From assembly GCA_002288455.1 (NCBI GenBank), contig NEUS01000005.1, positions 6 through 64,005 on the forward strand: a DNA stretch of 64,000 bases, in the 5' to 3' direction. The translations under genes and the position numbers were made by a program. This DNA is from Opitutia bacterium Tous-C1TDCM (GTDB taxonomy: Bacteria > Verrucomicrobiota > Verrucomicrobiia > Opitutales > Opitutaceae). Shown in pieces: positions 47,881-57,670 of this stretch (within the stretch, counting starts at the first letter, position 1; every line of letters begins with the position of its first letter). Below the pieces are notes generated by a model. The model did no database searches. It worked only from the letters and a program-made list of their open reading frames with translations, and was not told where the DNA came from.

Positions 47881-49206
47881 TCACTCCTCCCCTTCGTCGA
47901 CGACCGCGAACATCAGCTCGGCCGAGGAAACGACCTGGCCGCCGACGGTGCAGTTGCACTCGGCCGCCGCGAGTTTGTCGCCGCGGACTTTGGTGATCTT
48001 GGCGTTGATGATGATCTGGTCGCCGGGGCGGACGGGTTTGCGGAATTTGACCTTGTCCGCGCTCATGAAGAACGCGGTTTTTCCGCCGTTGGCGGTGCGG
48101 CGCAGCATGACGATGCCGGCGGCCTGGGCCATCGCCTCGAGCTGGAGCACGCCGGGCATGACCGGGTTCGAGGGGAAGTGCCCCATGAAGTACGGCTCGT
48201 TGATGGTGACGTTCTTGATCGCGACGAGTTCGTCGTTGCCGATGAACTCGACGACGCGGTCGATCATCACGAACGGATAGCGGTGCGGGATCGTGTCGAG
48301 GATGCGGCGGATATCGAGGGAGGTTTCCGTCGGCAGCACGACGGCGGAGCGCGGTTTCTTTTTCGGGCCCTTGCGGCGTTCCTCGAGTTTCGCGAACAGG
48401 ACCTTCGTCAGCTCCGCGTTGATCGCATGGCCGGGACGCGTGGCGACGATGTGCGCCTTCAGCGGCAGGCCGAGGAGCATGATGTCGCCGACGATATCGA
48501 GGATCTTGTGGCGGACGAATTCGTCGGCGAAGCGCAGCGGTTCCTTCGAGATGATCTTGTCGCCGCGGATGACGACGGCGCAGTCGAGGGAGCCGCCCTT
48601 GATTTTGCCGAGCTTCAGCAATTCCTCGATATCTTCGTAGATCGTGAACGTCCGCGCGGCGGCGATCTGCGTCATGTAGACATCCGGATCGATCGTGAGC
48701 GACAGGTGCTGCGTGTGGATGCCGCGGTCGTCGGCCGACGTGCACGAGATTTTGAGTTGGTCGCAGGGCAGCGCGATGATCGAGGAATTGCCGCGGGTCA
48801 CGGAGACGGCGGACTCGAGTTCGAAGTATTCGCGGTCGGCGTCCTGCTCGACCGGGTCGCCCTGGAGAATGAGGTTAACAAAAGGGCGGGCGGAGCCGTC
48901 CATGATCGGCGGCTCGGAGCCGTTCATCTCGATGATCACGTTGTCGATGCCGCAGCCGTGGAGGGCGCTGAGCACGTGTTCGACGGTGTGGATCTTGGCG
49001 TGGCCGGACTGGATGGTGGTCGCACGCACCAGATCCGTGACCTGATCGACACGGGGGCGGAGTTCGGGGGCGCCGTTGAGATCGATGCGCCGGAACACAA
49101 TCCCGGTCCCGGCCGGCGCCGGCTTCATCGTCAGAGTCACGGCTTCGCCGGTGTGGAGCGCGCTGCCTTGGAGGGAGACCTCGCGCGCGAGGGTGCGTTG
49201 TTTCAT
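47881..49206 (-). CDS. lpxC: Bifunctional LpxC / FabZ
   Basis: LpxC motifs [27 protein letters not shown]; FabZ motifs [24 protein letters not shown]. Confidence 0.95.
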   Translation of the reverse strand: MKQRTLAREVSLQGSALHTGEAVTLTMKPAPAGTGIVFRRIDLNGAPELRPRVDQVTDLVRATTIQSGHAKIHTVEHVLSALHGCGIDNVIIEMNGSEPPIMDGSARPFVNLILQGDPVEQDADREYFELESAVSVTRGNSSIIALPCDQLKISCTSADDRGIHTQHLSLTIDPDVYMTQIAAARTFTIYEDIEELLKLGKIKGGSLDCAVVIRGDKIISKEPLRFADEFVRHKILDIVGDIMLLGLPLKAHIVATRPGHAINAELTKVLFAKLEERRKGPKKKPRSAVVLPTETSLDIRRILDTIPHRYPFVMIDRVVEFIGNDELVAIKNVTINEPYFMGHFPSNPVMPGVLQLEAMAQAAGIVMLRRTANGGKTAFFMSADKVKFRKPVRPGDQIIINAKITKVRGDKLAAAECNCTVGGQVVSSAELMFAVVDEGEE

Positions 49207-49274
49207 TGCGGTCGGGTCAGTGTCGGGAGCGTCCCCCGCCGAGGGCAAGCGCGGATGTGGGACCGGGCGCGGCC

Positions 49275-49304
49275 TTGACACTCCCGACGGCGCTTGCCCA
49301 CTCT
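49275..49304 (+). promoter_or_regulatory. Putative efp promoter
   Basis: TTGACA-N18-CACTCT. Confidence 0.5.
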
Positions 49305-49349
49305 CGACCCTCTTTTCCTTAACCCGACCGTCCGCAACGACCCTCCGCC

Positions 49350-49907
49350 ATGCCCGCAGCCAACGACATCCGCAAAGGCCAAGTCATCAAGTTCAACAAC
49401 GAGCCGCACCTCGTGATGGAAACGCAGCACCGGACGCCGGGCAACCTGCGCGCCTTCGTGCAGATCAAGATGCGCAATCTGCGTTACGGCAAAGCCCTCG
49501 ACCAGCGTTTCGCCTCCACCGATTCGATCGAAGTCCTCCCGACCGACCGCAAGACGCTCGAGTTCAGCTATGCCGACCGCGGCGCCTACGCGTTCATCGA
49601 TCCGGAATCTTTCGAGCAGATCGAGCTGACGGAAACGCAGCTGGGCGACGTGAAGAACTACCTCGCCCCCGGCGGCAAGGTCGACGTCCTCTTCGTCGAC
49701 GAGCGCGCCCTGTCCGTCGACCTGCCTTCCACCGTGGCCCTCAAGGTGATCGAGTCCGCCGACGGCATCAAAGGCGACACCGCGAGCAACGTCCAGAAAC
49801 CGGCCAAGCTCGAGACCGGCCTCACCGTGCAGGTTCCGCTCTTCATCAAGGAAGGCGAAGTCATCCGCGTCAGCACGGTCGACGGCACCTACCTCGGCCG
49901 CGTTTGA
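49350..49907 (+). CDS. efp: Elongation factor P (PGNL-loop type)
   Basis: [34 protein letters not shown]. Confidence 0.95.
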   Translation: MPAANDIRKGQVIKFNNEPHLVMETQHRTPGNLRAFVQIKMRNLRYGKALDQRFASTDSIEVLPTDRKTLEFSYADRGAYAFIDPESFEQIELTETQLGDVKNYLAPGGKVDVLFVDERALSVDLPSTVALKVIESADGIKGDTASNVQKPAKLETGLTVQVPLFIKEGEVIRVSTVDGTYLGRV

Positions 49908-49947
49908 GCGCCGCCTGAAGCTGCGGCCGCCTGCCGCCTTCCCTTTC

Positions 49948-49978
49948 GACCCGCGGTTCGTTCCGCGGGTCTTTTTTT
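49948..49978 (+). terminator. Rho-independent terminator after efp
   Basis: GACCCGCGG-loop-CCGCGGGTC followed by 7 T. Confidence 0.88.
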
Positions 49979-50023
49979 GCGCGGGAGCCGGGAAGGGATC
50001 CCGGAGGCCGGAGACGCGGTCGC

Positions 50024-51529
50024 TTACTTGCGGACCGGCAACGTCTGGTCGGCGTGGAGCGCGCAGCGCCAGACCGGCGGATCGTCCATCGTCTTCGCCA
50101 TCTTGGCGTCGCACTTCGGGCAAGACGGCGTGGCATAGTCTCCGGCGGTGGTTTCGTTCATCAACTCCGTGCGCGCCGCATCGGGCAACGCGTTGAGTTT
50201 CTCGATGAAGATATCGCCGGGCAGCAGGGTGATGTGTTTCTCCTCGGCGAAGTCGCGCGCGGGAATGTTGAACTTGCCGGTCGTCACGATGTAGCCGCGG
50301 CGGATGTCCTCGGTCGCCAGCACCGCGAACAGTTCCTGCAGCGGTTTCGCATCGATCAGCCCCGCGGGCTGGGCGAGGCAGCGGACCAACGCGAAAGGCC
50401 GCGATTCGCCCTTCCAGGAAATCTTGATGTTAACGGGATCGTTCGGGCCGGCCTTGGTCCGCACCGCTACGACGCCGGTCTTGAGGTAGTAACTCGCGAC
50501 GAGTTCCTCGAAGCGCTTCCATTCGAGCTTCGCCACCAGGCCGGCGGTGAAAACCGCGCCCGCCTCGCCGGTCGCTTCCGGGGCGAAAGGCGTATGCGAC
50601 ACCGTCGTGGCCGCCAACTCCAGCTGGCGCTGGCGCCGGCGCCAAACGAGATAGCCGAGGCCGCCGCCGATCACCAGAAAGGCGATCACGTAGGTTTGCG
50701 GCGTGAGAATCGCCTCGGCCGCATCGACCTCGGTATCCGCCGTTTCGAGACGGCGGCGGGCGGCGCTGGAAATCTTGGCTTTCTTGGGCGCGGTCTTTTC
50801 TCCGGCCGGCGCGGCCTTCGGCGCTTCCTCTGTTTCCACCACCGCCACGGCGTTGGCCACGGCATCGGCGGCAGGATCGGCCGGGGCGGGTCCGGCCACG
50901 GGCAAACCCAGGCTTGCCGGTACCGCGGCGGACGGGATCGAGGCGGGCCGCGCGGCGGCACCGGCCGGCGGAGCTACGGGCGCGGTTACAACTTCGGCCG
51001 TCGGAGCCGCGGGCGCAGGTGCCGGAGCGCGTCCGGTCCCGGCCGAGGGCGGGAGAATGCGTTTGATTTCCAACCGGGACTCGGGGGCGGCGGCCCCGGC
51101 GGCCGGGGCGGGAGTCGGCGCCGGCGGGGCCGGCTCGGGGCCGAGCGTTTCCGGATTCGGCTGCGGCACATTCGGGGCCGGCGCGGGCGCCAAGGGTACC
51201 TGGACCGGCGCGGCTTGGCTCTGGCCGGCGGGGGCGGGGGCGGGCGAAACCGCGGCGGGACCCGGCTCGGCCGCCCGGCGGGCCGGCTCGGCGGCGAAAC
51301 GCTCCACCTCGACCACCACTCCTTCGCGCAAAACCAACCGCTCGCGGGCGAACAACCAGACTTCGCGGTTGCCGGCGACCATCTGGCTCCGGGGTTCGCC
51401 GTAGCGGGACAGCACCTGCTCGCGGGTCGCGCCCAACAGCGGATGCTTTTCCGCCGCTTGGGCCGAAGCGACCGCCAACGCCACGCCGACAAAGCAAATC
51501 CGGAAAAAAGCGGCGGTGGGAAGCGGCAT
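50024..51529 (-). CDS. Single-pass membrane protein with a degenerate Mrr-like nuclease domain and a C-terminal Zn ribbon
   Basis: Signal peptide, LGATREQVLSRYGEP domain, Pro/Ala linker, TM plus RRRQR, LEWKRFEELVASYY...GYIVTTGKF..PARDFA...ITLLPG, CPKC...CALH. Confidence 0.8.
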   Translation of the reverse strand: MPLPTAAFFRICFVGVALAVASAQAAEKHPLLGATREQVLSRYGEPRSQMVAGNREVWLFARERLVLREGVVVEVERFAAEPARRAAEPGPAAVSPAPAPAGQSQAAPVQVPLAPAPAPNVPQPNPETLGPEPAPPAPTPAPAAGAAAPESRLEIKRILPPSAGTGRAPAPAPAAPTAEVVTAPVAPPAGAAARPASIPSAAVPASLGLPVAGPAPADPAADAVANAVAVVETEEAPKAAPAGEKTAPKKAKISSAARRRLETADTEVDAAEAILTPQTYVIAFLVIGGGLGYLVWRRRQRQLELAATTVSHTPFAPEATGEAGAVFTAGLVAKLEWKRFEELVASYYLKTGVVAVRTKAGPNDPVNIKISWKGESRPFALVRCLAQPAGLIDAKPLQELFAVLATEDIRRGYIVTTGKFNIPARDFAEEKHITLLPGDIFIEKLNALPDAARTELMNETTAGDYATPSCPKCDAKMAKTMDDPPVWRCALHADQTLPVRK

Positions 51530-51594
51530 GATCGCGAGCAGGTTTTGCGTCAACGCGGAGGGTACAGCAATGCCGAACTTGGGCTCCGGTCCGC

Positions 51595-52836
51595 TCACAC
51601 GACGCGGGCCCAGAGCACTTTGAGATACCGGCTTTCGAGACAGTTGGAATAAACCGGGTGATCGGGACCGGGGCCGGTGCGATCGAAAAACTGCAACCGC
51701 CGGTTCTGGCGGTGCGCGGCCTTGATCACGTGGGCCTCGAAGTCTTCGAGCGAGAGCAGGCCCGAGCAGGAACACGTGACAAAGATCCCGCCCGGTTTCA
51801 CGAGACTGATCGCGAGCAAATTGAGATCCTCGTATTTCTGCCGGCCTTCCCAGTTTCCGTGTTCGTCGCGCGTGAAGATGAACTTCGGCGGATCGAGGAC
51901 GACGACATCCCATTTCTCCCCGTTCGTCTGCATCTGCCGCGCGTAGGCGAAGGCGTCGGCGTGCACGAACTTGAGCCGCGCCTGATTAAGGTTCGCGTTG
52001 CGTTTGGCCTGGGCGATCGCGGCTTCGTCGAGGTCGACACTCGTGACGTCCGCGGCGCCGCCGGCGACCTTGGCGTTGAGGGAAAAACCGCCGGTGTAGC
52101 AGCAAAGATCGAGGACGCGCGCGTCCTTGGTGAAACGCACCAGGGCGCGGCGATTGTCGCGCTGGTCGCAGAAAAATCCGGTTTTGTGGCCTTCGGAGAA
52201 GTCGACTTCGTAACGGATGCCGTGTTCGCGGATCTTCACGGTGCGCGGGGCGGCGGCGTTGGTTTCGTTGAAGGTCGAGGGTTTGATGCCTTCGAGCGAA
52301 CCGAGGTCGTGGTCCACCTGCACGCGGGCGAATTTCGTCCCCGCCAATTCATGCAGCAACGGCAACCACTGCGGCAGGCGTTGCGCGATGCCGAGCGAAT
52401 AGACTTCGCACAGCAAGGTGTCGCCGTAGCGGTCGATCGTCAGGCCGCTGAGGCCGTCGCCGTCGGACCCGATGAGCCGGTACGCATCGGTGACGTCGTC
52501 GAGTTTGAAGAGGTCGCGCCGCAACGCGACCGCCCGCCGGATCGCGCCCTCGAAATAACTTTCCTGCACCGGCTCGGTGGAATGGCAGACGACGCGGAGC
52601 GGGATTTTGGCGCGCGGATTGAAGAGCCCGCCGCCGGCGAGGTTGCCGTTTTTGTCGTAGACGTTGACGAAGTCGCCGGGCCGCGCGTCCGACGACACTT
52701 GGCCGAGCAGCCGCGGGAAAATCGCCGGCTGAAACGTGAAGTACTTCAGCTGCGCCCACGGCTTCGGCCAGGCGGAGCGGTCCACCGGGGGCGGAGGCGC
52801 TTTCTCGGATTTCGGCGGCGGCGGCAGATCGGACAT
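51595..52836 (-). CDS. RlmI/RlmK-family SAM-dependent rRNA methyltransferase
   Basis: DGLSGLTIDRYG, GHKTGFFCDQRDNR, VLDLCCYTGGF, VLDPPKF, CSCS, YLK. Confidence 0.9.
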   Translation of the reverse strand: MSDLPPPPKSEKAPPPPVDRSAWPKPWAQLKYFTFQPAIFPRLLGQVSSDARPGDFVNVYDKNGNLAGGGLFNPRAKIPLRVVCHSTEPVQESYFEGAIRRAVALRRDLFKLDDVTDAYRLIGSDGDGLSGLTIDRYGDTLLCEVYSLGIAQRLPQWLPLLHELAGTKFARVQVDHDLGSLEGIKPSTFNETNAAAPRTVKIREHGIRYEVDFSEGHKTGFFCDQRDNRRALVRFTKDARVLDLCCYTGGFSLNAKVAGGAADVTSVDLDEAAIAQAKRNANLNQARLKFVHADAFAYARQMQTNGEKWDVVVLDPPKFIFTRDEHGNWEGRQKYEDLNLLAISLVKPGGIFVTCSCSGLLSLEDFEAHVIKAAHRQNRRLQFFDRTGPGPDHPVYSNCLESRYLKVLWARVV

Positions 52837-52941
52837 GGGCTCTCTTGTGCCGGGCGGAAGCGGGCCCGCAATTTTTTTGGCGCGGCGGACGCCGAATCCT
52901 GCGCCGGTCGCTGCGCCCGCCCGCAGCACGGCCGAAAGCGG

Positions 52942-52972
52942 AAAAGAAAAAGGCCGGCGCTGCCGCCGGCCT
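52942..52972 (-). terminator. Probable terminator after the phosphorylase-like gene
   Basis: AGGCCGGCG-GCAG-CGCCGGCCT followed by TTTTCTTTT on the minus strand. Confidence 0.7.
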
Positions 52973-52999
52973 GCGCAATACGAGTTCGCTCCCGCGGCC

Positions 53000-54346
53000 T
53001 CAGGCCACGCGCTCGACGATGAGCGGCGGGGGCGTCGGGCGCTTCGGGGCGAGGCGGTAGGCGTTCTTGAAGTACTCCAGAGCCTGCTCGAGCTTCGCCT
53101 CGTCGTTGTAGTGGATCATCATCAGCGGCTCGCCCTGTTTGACCTGGGTGCCGACCTTCTTGATTTCGGAAACGCCGACCGAGTGGTCGATCTTGTCGCC
53201 CGGGTTTTCCTTGCCGGCGCCGAGCAGGTGCACGCCGCGGGCGATCATCGCCGCATTGATCGTGTGCACATAGCCGCGCTTCGGGGCGGGCAGTTTGCGG
53301 ATGTGGCGGGCGGCCGGGAATTTCTCCGGGTGATCGATGTAGGCGGTGTCGCCGCCCTGCGCCTTGACGAGATCCTTGAACTTCTCGAGGGCGGAACCGT
53401 CGGTGAGATGGCGCTGCACCGTCTGCTTGGCGGAGAGCGTGGAACCGGCGACGCCGGCGAGGCGGACGATCTCCATGCCGAGCTTGAGCACGAGTTCCTT
53501 CATGTCCTCGGGACCTTCGCCCTTGAGCAACTGGATCGCTTCCTTGACCTCGAGGGCGGTGCCGACGGTGTCGCCGAGCGGCTGGTTCATGTCGGTGACG
53601 AGGGCGACGCAACGGCGCTTCATGGAGCGGCCGACGCGGGTCATCGAGCGGGCGAGTTGCTTGGCCTGCTCGAGATCCTTGATGAACGAGCCGTTGCCCC
53701 ACTTCACATCGATGACGAGGCCTTCGGAACCTTCGGCGAGCTTCTTGGAAAGCACGCTGCCGGTGATGAGCGGAAGGCTCGGGATCGTGCCGGTTTCCTT
53801 GCGGAGCTCGTAGAACTTGGCGTCGGCCGGGGCGAGATCCTCGGTCTGGGCGACGATCGCGCCGCCGATGCGGGCGAGTTGGGACGAGAAGTGTTCGGTG
53901 GTCTGGTGGCCCTTGAAGCCGGGGATCGCCGCGAGCTTTTCGAGCGTATTGACAATGTAGTCGTGCTCGACGCCGCACATCATCGGGACGACGACGCCGG
54001 AGGCCATCGCGAGCGGGACGAGGACGAGGGAGGTTTTGTCGCCGACGCCGCCGGTCGAGTACTTGTCGATCTTGGGCTTGGCGATGTGCGAGAGGTCGAT
54101 CACTTCGCCGGAAAGCATCATTTCCTCGGTGAGATCCGCAGTCTCTTGGGCAGACATGCCCGAGAAGTAGATCGCCATCGCGAGGGCCGCGAGCTGGTGC
54201 TGGGGCATCTCGCCGTCGAGGGTGCTGTCGATGATGTAACGGATCTCCTCCTGCGTGAACTCGCCGCCGTCGCGTTTCTTCTCGATCAGGTAAGTGAACG
54301 AGGGCTTGATGAACCGACGTGCCGGGATGTTACGTTTGCTGCTCAT
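53000..54346 (-). CDS. Thymidine/pyrimidine-nucleoside phosphorylase family protein with altered active site
   Basis: KKRDG, STGGVGDKTS, LAPAD, SKKLAEG, DVK.G.G.F, TDMNQPLG, LGAG. Confidence 0.9.
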   Translation of the reverse strand: MSSKRNIPARRFIKPSFTYLIEKKRDGGEFTQEEIRYIIDSTLDGEMPQHQLAALAMAIYFSGMSAQETADLTEEMMLSGEVIDLSHIAKPKIDKYSTGGVGDKTSLVLVPLAMASGVVVPMMCGVEHDYIVNTLEKLAAIPGFKGHQTTEHFSSQLARIGGAIVAQTEDLAPADAKFYELRKETGTIPSLPLITGSVLSKKLAEGSEGLVIDVKWGNGSFIKDLEQAKQLARSMTRVGRSMKRRCVALVTDMNQPLGDTVGTALEVKEAIQLLKGEGPEDMKELVLKLGMEIVRLAGVAGSTLSAKQTVQRHLTDGSALEKFKDLVKAQGGDTAYIDHPEKFPAARHIRKLPAPKRGYVHTINAAMIARGVHLLGAGKENPGDKIDHSVGVSEIKKVGTQVKQGEPLMMIHYNDEAKLEQALEYFKNAYRLAPKRPTPPPLIVERVA

Positions 54347-54515
54347 GGATAGTGATAAGGGTGCACGGCAAAGCGGAGCGCCCGCCGGGCGTAAAAGTTT
54401 TGAGGCAACGGCTTCCGGTCGGAAAGTCGAGGCTAAATCCCGGCCGCGCCGGAGGTAAAACCCGCCTCGCCTCCGGCCCGGAGTGCGGCTTCCCCCCTCC
54501 CCGCCGCCGCCGCCG

Positions 54516-55715
54516 TTACTTCGCTTTTCCGCCGTCCTTCACCCAAGCCGCGACGACCGCGCGCTCCAGATCCGTCATTTGCGTGGTGTTGGCCATCGGC
54601 ATGATGCGCGTGACCACCACCTGCTGGTACATCCGCTGCGCGTTCTGCGCGATCGCGTCCGGCGTGTGCAAAAGCACTCCGCCCGGCGGCTGCGTGATCC
54701 CGGGAAACGTGGGCACCGGCGCATGGCAGGAAACGCAATGCTGCCCCACGATCGCGCGCACCTGCTCGAAGGTCGCCGGCTGGGCCAGCGGCGGCAGCGG
54801 CAAAATCCGCGGGGCCGTCCACCAGGCCACGATGCCGAGCAGTCCGGCCCCGAGCGCCGGATACTGCCACGCGAGCACGCCCTTGTGGCGGCGATTGAAA
54901 AAGTGCCGGATGCTCACGCCCGCCGCCGAGATCAGCACCAGAATCACCCACGCCTGCGGATGCCCGTAGGTCGAGGCGTAGTGGTTGCTGATCATGATGA
55001 ACAGCACCGGCAGCGTGAAGTAGTTGTTGTGCACGCTGCGCTGCTTGCCGCGTTTGCCGTAGATCGGATCCGGCAAGCCGCCGGCGCGCATCGCCTCCAC
55101 CATTTTCTTCTGCCCGGGGATGATCACGAAGAACACGTTCGCCACCATGATCGTGCCGATCGCCGTGCCGACGTGGATGAACGCCGCCCGCCCGCTCAAA
55201 AACTGGTGCAGCCCCCACGCCAACAGCGTCAGCAACGCGAAGACGACCGCCCCGAGCCACGTGTCGTGTTTGCCCAACGGCGAACGGCAGAGCCCGTCGT
55301 ACACGAACCACGCGAGCACCATGCTGCCCAAGCCGATGCCGATCGCCTGCGGCGTCGACAACGTCGTGAGCGACGGATCGACCATCATCGTCTGCGCCCG
55401 CAGCCAATAGACCACGACCAGCAGCGCCGTGCCCGAAAGCCACGTCGTGTAGGCTTCCCATTTGAACCAGTGCAACGTGTCCGGCAGCGAAGCCGGCGCG
55501 ACGGCGTACTTCTGCGGGTTGTAGAAACCGCCGCCGTGCACCGCCCAAAGTTCGCCGGAGACGCCCTTCTTGCCGTTGTCGGAACCCGGGGGCGGCGGGG
55601 TCAGGCTGTTGTCCAGCCAGATGAAATAGAACGAGGAACCGATCCACGCGATGCCCGCGATGATGTGCAACCACCGCAACAGCAGGCTGAGGAATTCGAC
55701 CAGATGCGCTTCCAT
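54516..55715 (-). CDS. puuD: Urate hydroxylase PuuD (membrane protein with c-type cytochrome)
   Basis: RWLHIIAGIAWIG.SFYF.WLD, WAVHGGGFY, LHWFKWEAYTTW, KQRSVHNNYFTLPV, C-terminal CVSCH. Confidence 0.88.
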   Translation of the reverse strand: MEAHLVEFLSLLLRWLHIIAGIAWIGSSFYFIWLDNSLTPPPPGSDNGKKGVSGELWAVHGGGFYNPQKYAVAPASLPDTLHWFKWEAYTTWLSGTALLVVVYWLRAQTMMVDPSLTTLSTPQAIGIGLGSMVLAWFVYDGLCRSPLGKHDTWLGAVVFALLTLLAWGLHQFLSGRAAFIHVGTAIGTIMVANVFFVIIPGQKKMVEAMRAGGLPDPIYGKRGKQRSVHNNYFTLPVLFIMISNHYASTYGHPQAWVILVLISAAGVSIRHFFNRRHKGVLAWQYPALGAGLLGIVAWWTAPRILPLPPLAQPATFEQVRAIVGQHCVSCHAPVPTFPGITQPPGGVLLHTPDAIAQNAQRMYQQVVVTRIMPMANTTQMTDLERAVVAAWVKDGGKAK

Positions 55716-55834
55716 GAAGGGCTATGACAAGCTCGCGGGATGCCAACTGCGCACCGATTCCGGCGCAAGCCCCGCCTCCGCCGCGGCCAACTCCGCGCTT
55801 GCCCGCCGCGCCGCGCTTCCGGTTCTCTGGCCCG

Positions 55835-57595
55835 ATGCACGTCACCTTCCAGCTCGCTCCGGAAATCGAGGCGGCCCTCCGCGCCGCCGCCGCCGCGGCC
55901 GGTCTGGCCGACGCCGCGGACTTCAAACCCGATGTGCGCACCGCCGAGGCCCGGCACGGCGACTTCCAGGCCAACGGCGTCCTCGGCTACGCGAAGGCCC
56001 GCAAACTCAACCCCCGCGCCGTCGCCGAACAACTCGTCGCCGCCCTGCCCGCGGATCTGCGCGCCGACTGCGACGTCACCATCGCCGGCCCCGGCTTCAT
56101 CAATTTCTCGCTCAAGCCCGACGTCCTCCTCGCCTGGCTCCGCCAATTCGCCACCGCCCCGGCCCTCCGCACCGCCGCCGCCGCCGCCCACGCCGGCCAG
56201 ACCTGGGTCGTCGACTACTCCTCGCCCAACACCGCGAAACAGATGCACGTCGGCCACCTGCGTTCCGCGGTGATCGGCGAGGCGATTTGCCGTTTGCTCG
56301 AATTCACCGGCGCCAAGGTCGTCCGCGACAACCACCTCGGCGACTGGGGCACGCAATTCGGCAAATTGATCTACGGCTACAAGCGCTGGGCCGATCCCGC
56401 CGCCCTCGCCGCCGACGCCATCGAGGAACTCGAGCGCCTCTACAAACTGGGCCACAACGCCACGCCCGACGGCTCGCCCGAACTCGACGTAGCCCGCGCC
56501 GAACTCGTCAAACTCCAGCAGGGCGATCCCGAAAACGTCGCCCTCTGGCAGACCTTCTCCGACGTCAGCCTCGCCGCTTTCCAAAAGATCTACGACCGCC
56601 TCGGCATCCGCTTCGACCACAACCTCGGCGAGAGCTTCTACAACGGCCACGTCGAACGCATCTACCGCGAACTCACCGAGACCGGACTCGCGCAGGAAAG
56701 CGAAGGCGCCCTCGTCGTCTTCCATCCCGAACACCCGCGTTTCAAGACGCAGCCCTTCATCGTCCGCAAAGCCGACGGCGCCAGCAACTACGCCTCCACC
56801 GACCTCGCCACCGCCGCGTATCGGGCGGAGCACTTCAAGGCCGACGGCGTCGTCGTCGTCACCGATTTCCGCCAGGCCGATCACTTCGAACAACTCTACC
56901 TCACGGTGAGAAAATGGTTCGCGGCGAAAAACTACCGTCTGCCGGAACTGCACCACGTGACCTTCGGCGCCGTCACCGGCGAAGACGGCAAGGCCCTCAA
57001 AACCCGCAGCGGCGACGTCATCCGGTTGAAGGCATTGCTCGACGAGGCCGAGGACCGCGCCTTCGCGATCGTGACGGAAAAGAATCCCGATTTGCCGGAA
57101 AACGAACGCCGCGAGATCGCGCGCACCGTCGGCATCGGCGCCGTGCAATACGCGGATCTCTCCCAGAACCGCAGCAGCAACTACGTTTTCTCGTGGGACA
57201 AGATGCTCGCCCTCGACGGCAACACCGCCCCCTACCTGCTCTACGCCGTCGCGCGCATCCATTCGATTTTCCGCAAAGCCGGCGCGGCCCCCGGCGACGC
57301 CGCCGCCGAATCGGCCGCCACCGCCCCGGAAACCGCGGCCGAGATCTCGCTCGCGCGGAAACTCACGAAGTTCCCCGATGCCGTCCGCCTCGCCGGCGAA
57401 TCGCTGCGCCCGCACTTCCTCGGGCTCTACCTTTACGAACTCGCGGGCGAATACAGCTCTTTCAACAACGCGGACAAAGTCCTCGTCGACGAACCCGCCG
57501 TCCGCGCCCGCCGCCTGCTGCTCTGCGCCCGCACGCTGCTCCTGCTCGAGACCGGCCTCGGCCTGCTCGGCCTGCGCACCCTCACGCGCATGTGA
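55835..57595 (+). CDS. argS: Arginine--tRNA ligase
   Basis: GDFQ, AGPGFINF, VDYSSPNTAKQMHVGHLRS, GDWGTQFG, GNTAPYLLY, LGL...M. Confidence 0.96.
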   Translation: MHVTFQLAPEIEAALRAAAAAAGLADAADFKPDVRTAEARHGDFQANGVLGYAKARKLNPRAVAEQLVAALPADLRADCDVTIAGPGFINFSLKPDVLLAWLRQFATAPALRTAAAAAHAGQTWVVDYSSPNTAKQMHVGHLRSAVIGEAICRLLEFTGAKVVRDNHLGDWGTQFGKLIYGYKRWADPAALAADAIEELERLYKLGHNATPDGSPELDVARAELVKLQQGDPENVALWQTFSDVSLAAFQKIYDRLGIRFDHNLGESFYNGHVERIYRELTETGLAQESEGALVVFHPEHPRFKTQPFIVRKADGASNYASTDLATAAYRAEHFKADGVVVVTDFRQADHFEQLYLTVRKWFAAKNYRLPELHHVTFGAVTGEDGKALKTRSGDVIRLKALLDEAEDRAFAIVTEKNPDLPENERREIARTVGIGAVQYADLSQNRSSNYVFSWDKMLALDGNTAPYLLYAVARIHSIFRKAGAAPGDAAAESAATAPETAAEISLARKLTKFPDAVRLAGESLRPHFLGLYLYELAGEYSSFNNADKVLVDEPAVRARRLLLCARTLLLLETGLGLLGLRTLTRM

Positions 57596-57633
57596 ACCGG
57601 CGGGCCGGCCGTTCCCGCCGGGACAAAACACTC

Positions 57634-57662
57634 TTGCCGCTCGCCGCCGGCCGAACCACGTT
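57634..57662 (+). promoter_or_regulatory. Putative promoter giving a leaderless or near-leaderless mRNA
   Basis: TTGCCG-N17-CACGTT, 8 nt upstream of ATG 57671. Confidence 0.45.
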
Positions 57663-57670
57663 TCCCGCCC

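Noticed and set aside
47881-49206. LpxC-FabZ fusion as a novelty
   Set aside because: A well-known fusion in Bacteroidota and related lineages.
50024-50540. Mrr-like domain as an anti-phage restriction system
   Set aside because: Catalytic residues are absent, the context is housekeeping, and there are no defence neighbours.
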